A DNA stretch of 64,000 nt from a virus, in IMG/VR virus record IMGVR_UViG_3300023109_003296, positions 1-64,000 of that record. One strand, 5' to 3'. Position 1 is the stretch's first letter. Every line of letters starts with the position of its first letter. Under the pieces are notes generated by a model. It was not told where the DNA came from. It was given only the letters and a program-made list of their open reading frames with translations, and made no database searches. This document shows positions 37,024 through 46,552 of this stretch, piece after piece. A program made the translations under genes and the position numbers.

Positions 37024-38694
37024 TCAACCTTCACAAGATGTACAATTCATAATAGATCTGGCTAATTCTTGACTAGGATTCATGCTTCTTTGATAATAAA
37101 AACCTTTAAGACCCATTTCCCAACCAAGAATCATAAGTTCGCTAACCTCTTTTGGAGAGGCTTTAGGGTGAATCATTAGGTTTAAAGATTGACCTTGATC
37201 AATATGCTTTTGGCGTTGAGAGGCTTGAATTACAATTTCTTTTTGTGAAATCTCTCCAAAGGTTTTAAATACATCTTTTTCGTGATCGCTCAAGAAATTC
37301 AAATGCTTAACCGATCCGTCGTTGTGGAGAATGGACTTCCAAACCGCTTCCGTGTTTTTACCTTTAGACTCCAACAAACTTGCTAAGTGAGGACTTCTAA
37401 TTGTAAATTTACCTTTAGCTGAGTTCTTAGTATAATAATTTACAGTAGGCTCAATCCCTTGAGAAACCTGACCAAGAATAAGAGAGCTTGTCGTTGTTGG
37501 AGCAACAGCCATTGTTGTTGTGTTTCTACGACCATAACCTTTTAGGACTTCAGGCTCACCAAATACTTCCGCCAATTCTTTCGTAGCTTTGTCCGCTCTT
37601 TCTCTAATTGTTTTGAATATTTCTGCATTTTTCATTTTAGCTTCCATGCTCTCAAACGATACCATATTGCTCTGAAGATAAGAATGCCAACCAAGAACGC
37701 CCATACCTAAAGCTCTATGACGCTTTGCAAAGTTATGGTCAAACTCCATATAAGGAATATCTTCTGTCTTCTCAATATATTCTTCCATAACAGAATCGAG
37801 GAAGTAAACCATTGTTTCAATAGCGTCTGTTTCTACAATCTCATCCCATCTCTCTAGATTTAAGGAAGACAAGCAACAAACAAAAGACTCTGCTGGTGAA
37901 GAAGGTAAAGAAATCTCATTACATAAGTTAGAAGCATAAATCTTCATGTTCTTGTCCTTATATACTTGAGGAGCATTCTTATTAGCTGTGTCTTGGAAAA
38001 ATAGATAAGGATAACCAGACTCAAATTTCTTCTGAATAATCTTAGCCCAGATCTTGCGCTTGTCAATGTCACCATTCTTCATGCCCTCCATCCAGTCGTC
38101 TGTAATTGTAACAGCAAATGACAAATCCTGAATAGCGTGACCATCAGATCTGATGCGAAGAAACTCTTCAATATCTGGGTGATCGACAGGAAGATAAGCA
38201 GCAAAGGAACCTCTGCGAACACTACTTTGCGACACAACAGATGTTACCTTGTCAAAGAGTTCCATGAAGTGGACGGCTCCAGAAGAACTACCTCCAGTAC
38301 TAATACTGTGTCCTCTACCCCTCAACTCTCCAAAATAACCAGAAGTTCCAGCGCCATGCTTTGTTTGCATGCCGACTTCCGATTGTTTGGTTAAGATGCC
38401 CTCCATGGTATCTGGAACATAAACTCCATTACAGGAAACAGGAAGTCCCCTGTTTCTGCCATAATTAGCCCATACAGGGCTAGACAGTGAATAAAATCCT
38501 AGAGACATATAATGCTCAAACTTCTCACACAAGTCAGAGAATTTACCTTTGTGTTCTGTGGGAGCACGAGAAACAAAGTCTTTTTGAAAAGACTCTCCCA
38601 CACTCAACACCCTACCCGTTAAGCTTTCGCCATCAAGGTATCCTCTGTTTAAAATCTGTTGCGAAGTTTCGTTGTTCCAATAATATTTTTTCAT
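37024..38694 (-). CDS. nrdA: Class I ribonucleotide reductase alpha subunit (no ATP cone)
   Basis: LPVSC, RRGSFA, GYPY, SNLCNEI, APTTTSS, DQGQSLN, YY, C-terminal CTSCEG. Confidence 0.93.
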   Translation of the reverse strand: MKKYYWNNETSQQILNRGYLDGESLTGRVLSVGESFQKDFVSRAPTEHKGKFSDLCEKFEHYMSLGFYSLSSPVWANYGRNRGLPVSCNGVYVPDTMEGILTKQSEVGMQTKHGAGTSGYFGELRGRGHSISTGGSSSGAVHFMELFDKVTSVVSQSSVRRGSFAAYLPVDHPDIEEFLRIRSDGHAIQDLSFAVTITDDWMEGMKNGDIDKRKIWAKIIQKKFESGYPYLFFQDTANKNAPQVYKDKNMKIYASNLCNEISLPSSPAESFVCCLSSLNLERWDEIVETDAIETMVYFLDSVMEEYIEKTEDIPYMEFDHNFAKRHRALGMGVLGWHSYLQSNMVSFESMEAKMKNAEIFKTIRERADKATKELAEVFGEPEVLKGYGRRNTTTMAVAPTTTSSLILGQVSQGIEPTVNYYTKNSAKGKFTIRSPHLASLLESKGKNTEAVWKSILHNDGSVKHLNFLSDHEKDVFKTFGEISQKEIVIQASQRQKHIDQGQSLNLMIHPKASPKEVSELMILGWEMGLKGFYYQRSMNPSQELARSIMNCTSCEG

Positions 38695-39668
38695 GCAAAT
38701 ACGCTATCTAGGTCAAATGTTTGTGATTTTTTTGAATATTCTACAGGTCGAGAATGGAAAAAATCTGTCGAATTGTTTCCCATTAACTCCTCCTCAAACC
38801 ACATTGTATCCTTGATTACAGTATTGTCAACCTCAAATGCTTTTTTGAATGAAATTTGTTGTAAGGAGTCATTAATACGCTCTTTGATAAACTCTTTAAG
38901 AAGGGGCGCACTTAAACCCTCTTCGTCAATACCATTAACCATCCAATCAATAATCTTGGCTTCTGCTGTATATGCTTGTTCAGCTTCATGCAAAATTCTC
39001 TGCTCTAACTCTTCGTCAAAAAGCTCTGGGTGTTCATCTCTAATAGTATTGATTATTTTAATTCCTACTTGGGCGTGAATGTTTTCTTCGTTTCTAGTAT
39101 ACCTAACCTGTTGTTCTGTATCTTTTAATACGTTTTTATTTCTAGAGAACCAATTAATTATATAAAACTGGCTCATAAGAGATACGTTCTCAACGAAAAG
39201 TGTAAAAAGAATCAAGGAATATACATACTGCTTCTTACTGTCTTTGTAATACCTGTGATTGTATTTACGTAAATAGTTGACTCTTCCCTCAATAAAATCA
39301 AGTTTTAGATTCTCTTCAAATATTTCTTCAAGACCTAGAACCTTAAGCAATCTCTCGTATGCATTATTATGAATGACCTCAACATTAGCCATTACATAAC
39401 CAAGATCGGTAAGGGCTGGGTGAGGTAAGTTATCTCCTAGTTTAGCCCAGAATTTTTTAACAGCGACTTCAATCTGACCAATAGCAGATAGTGTTCTAAC
39501 GATTATCTCCTTTTGTTGATCATCCATTGATATTTGGAAGTCTTGTATATCCGAGGAAAAACTAAACTCTTTATCTGTCCAAAAGCCATTATGCATAACC
39601 TCTATGAAGTCTTCTGCCCACGGATAATTGTTAGGTTTTCTTGATATTTGTTCCTCGAATATGCTCAT
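38691..39668 (-). CDS. nrdB: Class I ribonucleotide reductase beta subunit
   Basis: FW, EVIHNNAY, ENVSL, EENIH, DFF. Confidence 0.92.
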   Translation of the reverse strand: MSIFEEQISRKPNNYPWAEDFIEVMHNGFWTDKEFSFSSDIQDFQISMDDQQKEIIVRTLSAIGQIEVAVKKFWAKLGDNLPHPALTDLGYVMANVEVIHNNAYERLLKVLGLEEIFEENLKLDFIEGRVNYLRKYNHRYYKDSKKQYVYSLILFTLFVENVSLMSQFYIINWFSRNKNVLKDTEQQVRYTRNEENIHAQVGIKIINTIRDEHPELFDEELEQRILHEAEQAYTAEAKIIDWMVNGIDEEGLSAPLLKEFIKERINDSLQQISFKKAFEVDNTVIKDTMWFEEELMGNNSTDFFHSRPVEYSKKSQTFDLDSVFA

Positions 39669-39748
39669 TTCTTTATTTTATTTATTGTGTTTACGTTTCC
39701 AGCAAGGTCGGCTTTCTGCCCCCTAATCCACTCGCTGTCTTAAGTTAC

Positions 39749-39776
39749 ACTTTAGCTAAAATTAAGTGACAGTCAA
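39749..39776 (-). promoter_or_regulatory. Sigma70-type promoter for nrdBA
   Basis: TTGACT-16nt-TAAAGT. Confidence 0.5.
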
Positions 39777-39979
39777 TACAAAAATATAGTGAAATTTTTT
39801 AGTTGAATTTTTTTTTGAAAAAGTTTTAGAAAAAAGTGGAACGGTTTTATATAATAAATCGATTAGTATGAGTCTTCCGAAAAAGTTATTGGTTACGATT
39901 AAATCGAAAACTAAACGTAAGTCGTTTGTATTCGATATTTTAAAAGTCTATACGATAAGTATAACCAGTAATCGATAAG

Positions 39980-40004
39980 TATATACTATACGGTATAGTA
40001 TATA
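39980..40004. repeat. Perfect palindrome in the divergent intergenic region
   Basis: TATATACTATAC-G-GTATAGTATATA, adjoining a CGATAAGTATA direct repeat (39953, 39973). Confidence 0.8.
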
Positions 40005-40047
40005 TTTAAAATATCTCATTCGAAATTTAAATTTTAATAAAGAAATA

Positions 40048-40075
40048 TTGACACTCACTTTTTATAGCATATAAT
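40048..40075 (+). promoter_or_regulatory. Sigma70-type promoter, probably leaderless
   Basis: TTGACA-16nt-TATAAT, 7 nt before ATG 40083. Confidence 0.7.
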
Positions 40076-40082
40076 GAAAAAC

Positions 40083-40670
40083 ATGTCTGTATACGATTGC
40101 AAAATAATAAGTATATCTGGAAACGCCAGGTGTGGTAAGGACACCATGGGAAATAACTTTTCCTCTGCATTATCAGAGATAGGAATAAAAACAAAAACTG
40201 TCTCCTTCGCTAATGAGTTAAAGAAATCAGTGAATAGTTTTCTCTTGGAACAAACTGGCATTTCTGCTTTTACAGAAGACGATGAAGAAAAGAAAATTAT
40301 AAGACCATTTCTTGTTTGCTGGGGCACAGATGTAATCAGAAAGATAGATAATAACACATGGATAAACAAACTTGAAAAAAACTTATGTGATAAATCTGTC
40401 AACATAATAACAGACTTAAGGTTCCTTAATGAACTCAATTGGGTTAAGTCAAATAATGGATTTTCCATTATGCTTGAAAGAGAGGGTATAGAACCAGCCA
40501 ATGATTACGAAAAGTCAAACAACCACCAAATATCTAAGGAGGTTGACTTAAATTTTTCTGTTGGAAATTTTGAAGATAGTGAGCTTTTGATGTTGACTTC
40601 TGTTCAAATACTTGATAAACTAATTAACAAAGAAACATACGACCTATGGAAAGCGACCTGTCCCTTATAA
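40083..40670 (+). CDS. Deoxynucleoside monophosphate kinase-like P-loop protein
   Basis: ISGNARCGKDT, SFANELK, RPFL..WGT..R, ITDLRF.NE; the ATG at 40074 overlaps the -10 box, so 40083 is preferred. Confidence 0.8.
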   Translation: MSVYDCKIISISGNARCGKDTMGNNFSSALSEIGIKTKTVSFANELKKSVNSFLLEQTGISAFTEDDEEKKIIRPFLVCWGTDVIRKIDNNTWINKLEKNLCDKSVNIITDLRFLNELNWVKSNNGFSIMLEREGIEPANDYEKSNNHQISKEVDLNFSVGNFEDSELLMLTSVQILDKLINKETYDLWKATCPL

Positions 40671-41218
40671 AGAAAATACAAGAATCAAAAGATGGGGATA
40701 GTCTGTCTGAATTGATAAATAGACATTCAGGAATATACGTTTATATTGTTGATCAGTATTCTAAAAACGAACGCATCAATACAAACAGGAAGACAATTCT
40801 TGACGAAAAAGATTATATGATATATAAGTCAGCTTTAGAATATGATCCAAATAGAAACAGTAAGTTCTCTACATTCTTGGCAAACCAAACAAAATGGAAG
40901 TGTTTGAACGAGATAAACAAAAAGGAGAAAAGAGATCTCCCTCTCGACAATGTTCATTGTGATCTTTCTGATGAAGAAGATTCTCTTCAAAAACTTTCTA
41001 AAATAGAAGCTTTTGACGTTTTTAATCGTATGCTTTCTGAAGAAAAAGATAAAAGAGTGAAAAAAATTATTGACATCAGATACAATACCAGTAATAATAA
41101 GCTTGTGCCGTGGAAAATAGCAGCCAAGAAGTTAGAGTTAAGCATTCAAGGCTGTATTAACATTCACGATAGATTTATAAACAAAGTAAAAACTAAATTA
41201 GACGAAAATTATGTATAA
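40646..41218 (+). CDS. Phage RNA polymerase sigma factor (sigma70-family regions 2 and 4)
   Basis: LINRHSG..., YDPNRNSKFSTFL, IIDIRY...WKIAAKKLELS HTH. Confidence 0.75.
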   Translation: MESDLSLIKKIQESKDGDSLSELINRHSGIYVYIVDQYSKNERINTNRKTILDEKDYMIYKSALEYDPNRNSKFSTFLANQTKWKCLNEINKKEKRDLPLDNVHCDLSDEEDSLQKLSKIEAFDVFNRMLSEEKDKRVKKIIDIRYNTSNNKLVPWKIAAKKLELSIQGCINIHDRFINKVKTKLDENYV

Positions 41219-41582
41219 CACAATAGTAGCAGCAGGTCATCTCGCATCAGATCCAGAGATGAGACAAGTAGGAGATAATAAAGTTTGTAAGATCAGGCTT
41301 TGTGTCTCAGGTAAAAGAGCCAAAGAGCCGTGTTTTATTGACGCAGAGCTTTGGAACAAACAAGCAGAAACAGCTAACCAGTATCTTACTAAGGGTAGAC
41401 CCATCATCATTCAAGGCGAATTGAGAAATTCTTCTTGGGAATCAGAAGGCAAGAAATACAATAAGATGTTTATCTCTGCTTCTACCTTCCAGTTCATTGG
41501 CGGATCAAATGATTCAGAGCCAAAAACTGAGAGTAAGCAAGCTGTTAGTGCAGGTTCTGTAGATGAAGATATCCCGTTTTAA
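41211..41582 (+). CDS. ssb: Single-stranded DNA-binding protein
   Basis: GHLASDPE, W.KQAE...YL.KG, GEL...W, acidic tail DEDIPF. Confidence 0.93.
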   Translation: MYNTIVAAGHLASDPEMRQVGDNKVCKIRLCVSGKRAKEPCFIDAELWNKQAETANQYLTKGRPIIIQGELRNSSWESEGKKYNKMFISASTFQFIGGSNDSEPKTESKQAVSAGSVDEDIPF

Positions 41583-42644
41583 ATGAAAATTTTAGTAGAT
41601 GCACCACTAAATTCCTTGAGCCTTGGTAATGTTAGTTATAACATTATCAAGGAGCTTAAGGGCAAGGGTCATGATGTGGCTGTATGGCCAATGAACGAAG
41701 GCAATGTTGATCTCTCTGCTTATAACGTTTCAGACGAATTTAAGGAGTTTTTACAAGATGCTATAGATAAGCGTTTTGATTTTCTATCTAAAGACATACC
41801 ATCCATTAAGGTTTGGCATTTAAACGGATCTGAAAACAGAAAAAATCCAAATCAGTATCTTTATACTTTTTACGAATGTAGTGATCCAACTGATATCGAG
41901 AAAAAGCTTTGCGAAGCTCAAAACAAAACAATATTCAGTTCTTCTTGTTCAGCTGAAATGTTTAATGCTGAGTTTGTTCCTCTTGGATTCGATAGAGATT
42001 TCTTCAAGACTGATAAGTCTTATCTGAAAGATGTAACTCATTTTGGTTTAATGGGTAAGTTTGAGAACAGAAAACATACAGCTAAAATCATTCAAACATG
42101 GGTTAAAAAGTATGGAAACAATAACAAATACCAATTAAGTTGTTGTGTAAATAATCCGTTCTTCAAGGAAGAAGAAATGAATCACCTTATTAACAATTCA
42201 CTTGGTGGACAAAGATATACAAATGTAAACTTCTTGCCTTATCTTAAAACTAATAATGAGGTTAACGAATTATTAAACTCTATCGATATTGATCTTACTG
42301 GTCTTTCTGGAGGAGAAGGTTGGAACCTTCCAGCATTTAACGCTACATGCCTAGGCAAGTGGAGTATTGTTCTAAATGAAACTTCCCACAAAGACTGGGC
42401 AACTAAAAACAATTCAATTCTAATTGATTCTAGTTCTAAGGTAGATTCCCATGACGGAAGGTTCTTTATGAAGGGTTCTAACTTTAATCAGGGTCAATTT
42501 TATGATTGGGATACTGATGAAGTAGCATATGCCATGGAAAAAGCTGAAGAAAAAGTAGGACAAATTAACACAGAGGGACAAAAATTAGCGGACAAATTTA
42601 CCTACTCTAAAACAGTTGATGGTATTTTATCCCATATTTCCTAG
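41583..42644 (+). CDS. GT4-like (GT-B) glycosyltransferase
   Basis: SLGNVS, YTFYE, VPLGFD, GKFENRK, SGGEGWNLP. Confidence 0.75.
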   Translation: MKILVDAPLNSLSLGNVSYNIIKELKGKGHDVAVWPMNEGNVDLSAYNVSDEFKEFLQDAIDKRFDFLSKDIPSIKVWHLNGSENRKNPNQYLYTFYECSDPTDIEKKLCEAQNKTIFSSSCSAEMFNAEFVPLGFDRDFFKTDKSYLKDVTHFGLMGKFENRKHTAKIIQTWVKKYGNNNKYQLSCCVNNPFFKEEEMNHLINNSLGGQRYTNVNFLPYLKTNNEVNELLNSIDIDLTGLSGGEGWNLPAFNATCLGKWSIVLNETSHKDWATKNNSILIDSSSKVDSHDGRFFMKGSNFNQGQFYDWDTDEVAYAMEKAEEKVGQINTEGQKLADKFTYSKTVDGILSHIS

Positions 42645-42653
42645 GTTTTTCAA

Positions 42654-42670
42654 TTGGCACAGTATATGCA
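42654..42670 (+). promoter_or_regulatory. Sigma54-type (-24/-12) promoter
   Basis: TTGGCAC-AGTAT-ATGCA with exact GG-N10-GC spacing, 14 nt before the Hsp20 ATG. Confidence 0.6.
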
Positions 42671-42683
42671 ATAGTAATATATT

Positions 42684-43004
42684 ATGACATCAATTATTAA
42701 TGAATTATTGAATATTGACAGGGCTTACCAAGACACAACAAACTTGGTAAAAAGCAGCGATGACGTTTATACCGTTGAATTTGAACTTGCTGGATTTTCC
42801 AAAAAGGATGTAAAGATTACGGTTTGTGATGAAGTCTTAACAATTGAAGCTGAAAAAAGTGGTAAAAAGAAAAAGACCCACAAGGTTTATCTAAAAAACC
42901 TAGTTTCGTTGGATGGTATTTCATCTAAAATGTCTGATGGGTTGTTAACAATAACAATGCCAAAAAAAGAAGTAAAAAAAACCTTAACCATTAACGTCGA
43001 TTAA
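42684..43004 (+). CDS. Small heat-shock protein (Hsp20/alpha-crystallin)
   Basis: ELAGFSKKDVKI....LTIEA...MSDGLLTITMPK. Confidence 0.9.
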   Translation: MTSIINELLNIDRAYQDTTNLVKSSDDVYTVEFELAGFSKKDVKITVCDEVLTIEAEKSGKKKKTHKVYLKNLVSLDGISSKMSDGLLTITMPKKEVKKTLTINVD

Positions 43005-43027
43005 TCTCTAGTTATTGTTCATCATGA

Positions 43028-43058
43028 GCGGGTGTAGTTGAAAAACTACGCCCGTTTG
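43028..43058 (+). terminator. Hairpin terminator after Hsp20
   Basis: GCGGGTGTAGTT-GAAA-AACTACGCCCGT stem-loop followed by a short T-run. Confidence 0.7.
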
Positions 43059-43071
43059 TATATAATAAAGT

Positions 43072-43461
43072 ATGCCCATTTACGAATACCGAAATCCAGA
43101 AACAGGAGAGACCGCAGAAGTCATTCAAACGATGTCAGAGGATCATGTTTACTTTGATGCTGAAGGTCTTGAATGGAAAAGAGTACTCGTTGTTCCAAAT
43201 ATGTCTATAGACTCTCAGATTGACCCTAATAGCCAAAAAGAATTCATACAAAAAACAAGTAACAAAAAAGGCTCTCTTGGAGACATAATGGATTACAGTA
43301 AAGAATTAAGTGAAGCTCGTTCAGATAAAAATGGAGGAATAGATCCAGTAAAGGAAAATTATTATAAGGAATATGCTGCTAAAAGGAAGGGTGCAAAACA
43401 CGTAGACCAAATGAAATCCGAAGTTAATAAAAACAGCCAGGTTAATATAGATTTTGATTGA
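43072..43461 (+). CDS. FmdB-like protein (Cys-less variant)
   Basis: MPIYEY...GE..EV.Q.M N-terminus; TATAAT 5 nt upstream. Confidence 0.55.
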   Translation: MPIYEYRNPETGETAEVIQTMSEDHVYFDAEGLEWKRVLVVPNMSIDSQIDPNSQKEFIQKTSNKKGSLGDIMDYSKELSEARSDKNGGIDPVKENYYKEYAAKRKGAKHVDQMKSEVNKNSQVNIDFD

Positions 43462-43486
43462 AAAGTCGACCGACTTTTTATTTGCA

Positions 43487-43651
43487 TCATCCTCCAGTTC
43501 CAAATTTTTTACCAAATCTTTTGTGCCACTGTTGTATTGCTTCTCCTGCTGAGTGGCCTTTTGTTATAAATTCTTGTCCAAATTCAGATTTATATATAGC
43601 AGTCCAAATTCCTGTTTTTTTATCTCTTTTTAATGACGGTTTAATATTCAT
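43487..43651 (-). CDS. Small hypothetical protein (54 aa)
   Basis: Hand translation MNIKPSLKRDKKTGIWTAIYKSEFGQEFITKGHSAGEAIQQWHKRFGKKFGTGG*, directly downstream of the LRR gene. Confidence 0.55.
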   Translation of the reverse strand: MNIKPSLKRDKKTGIWTAIYKSEFGQEFITKGHSAGEAIQQWHKRFGKKFGTGG

Positions 43652-43657
43652 ATTAAA

Positions 43658-46552
43658 TTAAGGCATTTCTATTATATCTATATTATTTCCAGAAAAATTC
43701 CATGCGCTATTATAATTTCCAGATTGTCCATTCGGTACGTAAATCTCCGTCAATGCTGGCATTGAATCAAAAGCAGTAGTGTCATCGAAACCTCCTCCAA
43801 ATGTAGGAGCAGGTCCCATAAAGAACAGTCCAGACAAACTGTTACATCTAGTGAATGGATTGACACCCCATTTAGTGACCGTTGAAGGAATTGTTACCTC
43901 TTTGAGGTTTGTGTTTGGATTAGAACTTTCCATTTGTAAGAAATATGAAGGTATATTTTCCAAACCTTCGTTCAAATAAACTCCGCTTATTGTCCTGTTC
44001 TTGCTAAATGAAAAACCCCCCATACCTGTTAACGAAGTGGGTGTATTTATTTCTCCTATCATGCATGACTGAAAACAATAACCAGGTATATACTCTAATC
44101 CATTATTGAAATTCACCACACTTAAGTTTGGCGAACTAATAAACGCTCTAGAACCAATCCCTGTTAAAGAAGCTGGCATTGTAACTTCAGTTATATTATT
44201 GCTTAAAGCAAAGCAGTTGGCTTCTAATTCCGTTATTGATGAAGGTAAAGTTATGCTTGTAAGATTATTACCATAAAATGCACTATTTTTAATCCCTGTT
44301 ATTGTAGATGGCAAATTAATTCCACTAAGTTTTGGACAGTAAGAAAACATGTTATCTCCAATATATGGTATTCCCTCGCCCAATGTAACACCACTTAAAA
44401 GAGAACAAGAAGTAAAAGATCTAGGATAAATATACTGTAAGCTACCCCCTAAGTTTACACTTGATAAGTTTGTACCATTAAAAGAACCGTAATAACTTTG
44501 ATAACTCACATATCCATCTAAACTCTCTATGTTTGGCAAATCAACATGACCAATATAAGGGTTTTGATAGAAAGCATGTCCATCTATTGTAGTTATAGTG
44601 CTTGGTAGATTAATATCTCCACTTATACCACATTGACGAAAAGCCTCTCTGCCTATTCTTTTTACTCCTTCTTGGATAAATACTCCAGACAAAGAATTTG
44701 AACCTTCAAAACAGTAATCATGAATACCATCAGCACCTGAAATCGTTCCTGGTATAGTTACTTCTGTAAGAGAATCGCAATTAGCAAAAACGCTGGAGGC
44801 TAATTTTTCTAATTGATTTAAATCTAAACCACTTAAAGATGAGCAATTACTAAACACACTATATTCCATCTCTTTTAAAGAATCTGGTGCATGAAACCAC
44901 TCAAGACCATTACACGAATTGAATGCTGAGTATCTTATAACCTCTAAAGAGTCCATTCCTTTTATTTCTTTTAATCCATTGGATGAGCTGCAAAATTGTG
45001 GAGGAATTTCCGTTATTAAAGGAGGAATAGTTATCTCTAATAACGAATTACAGAATTTGAAAGTGCTACCATCACCTAATGTTGTAAGACTATTAGACAG
45101 TCTAACACCAGAAAGAGAACTGCAATTATAAAATTGATTGCTTCTATTAAAATTATCTATATACTCCAAATCAATATACAACAAATCTGAACACGAAAAA
45201 AAAGTGTTTCCTCTAAGTTGAGATTGACCAGAAGACATGCTTACCCCACTTATATTTGTATTCTCCCAACAATTTGCACCCATATAAGTTACACTGTCTG
45301 GAATATCAATAAAACCACTAATATTGCTATTAATAAAAGCACTGAAATCAATTGCAGCAAGTGTTGATGGGAATTCAATTGTTTTCAAGCTATAGGTATT
45401 TTGGAAACAACTATTTCCAATATATGATAAAGTATTACCTAAATAAATACCAGAAAGAGAATCGCAGTTGCTGAAACAGCTTTGTCCCAATGATCCCATA
45501 TTATCTGGAAGCTCTACGTATTCAAGAGATTCACAATTATAAAAAGTAGAATCACTTAAAGATAAAACGTTGTTAACTGGATTAAACACAACCTCTCTAA
45601 GACCAGTGCAATCTTGGAAACAATTTATACCAATAGTTTCAAGGCTTGAAGGGAAATACAAACCAGACAAAACATCACAACTAAGAAACGCATTACTTCT
45701 AATTTCTTCAAGCCCCTCGTTAAAGGTAACCCCGCTTAAGTCATCACAAGCATTAAAAGCATTTTCACCTATCCCAGTAATATTTGAAGGTATTTCGACG
45801 CCACTTAAACTAGTACAACCATAAAAACCGTATCTATTAATAAATTCTAACCCAACACCGAAATTAACATAAAGAAGATTAGTATTACCATAAAAAGCAC
45901 TAGCTCCTAAATAAGTTAAACTATCAGGAAGTGTAACCCCAGATAAAGAATAACAATAACCAAAACCAGTTATCCCTATATATTCCAATGTATTAGGTAA
46001 ATTCAATTCCAAAAGAGACTCACAATTTTTGAAAGCTTCATATTCAATTCTGTTCAATGAACTACCAAGGTTGATCCCCGTAAGAGATATACAATCATTA
46101 AATGCTCTCGGTCCCATATCTTCAACAATATCCCCACAATTAACATAATTAACATTTGAGCAAGTTGCAAAACAATTATTACCTATTTCTAAAACTGAAT
46201 CAGGGATTTGTATTGAGGTTATATTGTCACAATTATAAAAAGTAGAAGTTTGCAATACAGATACGCCACTGCCTAGAGTTAATACCCCAGGCATTCCCGC
46301 ACTAAAAAAAGCACTAGTACCAATATTATTAACACTATCGGGTATTGTTATAGGGTGTTTAATTGACTCACATCCTTTAAATGCAGATCCTCTAATTTCC
46401 TTTAATCCTTCGTTCAAATCTACACTTTTCAACTTTGCGCAATCTAAAAAAGATTGCGTTCCAATACCAGTAAGTCCTGACGGCCAATAAAAAGTCTCTA
46501 AATTTATGCACCCGTTAAATGCATTATTATCTATGTGTGTTATAGTATTCAT
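43658..46552 (-). CDS. BspA-type leucine-rich repeat protein (possibly the C-terminal part of 46549..48135)
   Basis: Dozens of LxxIxxxAFxxCxxLxxIxIP repeats and a C-cap; starts mid-repeat. Confidence 0.88.
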   Translation of the reverse strand: MNTITHIDNNAFNGCINLETFYWPSGLTGIGTQSFLDCAKLKSVDLNEGLKEIRGSAFKGCESIKHPITIPDSVNNIGTSAFFSAGMPGVLTLGSGVSVLQTSTFYNCDNITSIQIPDSVLEIGNNCFATCSNVNYVNCGDIVEDMGPRAFNDCISLTGINLGSSLNRIEYEAFKNCESLLELNLPNTLEYIGITGFGYCYSLSGVTLPDSLTYLGASAFYGNTNLLYVNFGVGLEFINRYGFYGCTSLSGVEIPSNITGIGENAFNACDDLSGVTFNEGLEEIRSNAFLSCDVLSGLYFPSSLETIGINCFQDCTGLREVVFNPVNNVLSLSDSTFYNCESLEYVELPDNMGSLGQSCFSNCDSLSGIYLGNTLSYIGNSCFQNTYSLKTIEFPSTLAAIDFSAFINSNISGFIDIPDSVTYMGANCWENTNISGVSMSSGQSQLRGNTFFSCSDLLYIDLEYIDNFNRSNQFYNCSSLSGVRLSNSLTTLGDGSTFKFCNSLLEITIPPLITEIPPQFCSSSNGLKEIKGMDSLEVIRYSAFNSCNGLEWFHAPDSLKEMEYSVFSNCSSLSGLDLNQLEKLASSVFANCDSLTEVTIPGTISGADGIHDYCFEGSNSLSGVFIQEGVKRIGREAFRQCGISGDINLPSTITTIDGHAFYQNPYIGHVDLPNIESLDGYVSYQSYYGSFNGTNLSSVNLGGSLQYIYPRSFTSCSLLSGVTLGEGIPYIGDNMFSYCPKLSGINLPSTITGIKNSAFYGNNLTSITLPSSITELEANCFALSNNITEVTMPASLTGIGSRAFISSPNLSVVNFNNGLEYIPGYCFQSCMIGEINTPTSLTGMGGFSFSKNRTISGVYLNEGLENIPSYFLQMESSNPNTNLKEVTIPSTVTKWGVNPFTRCNSLSGLFFMGPAPTFGGGFDDTTAFDSMPALTEIYVPNGQSGNYNSAWNFSGNNIDIIEMP

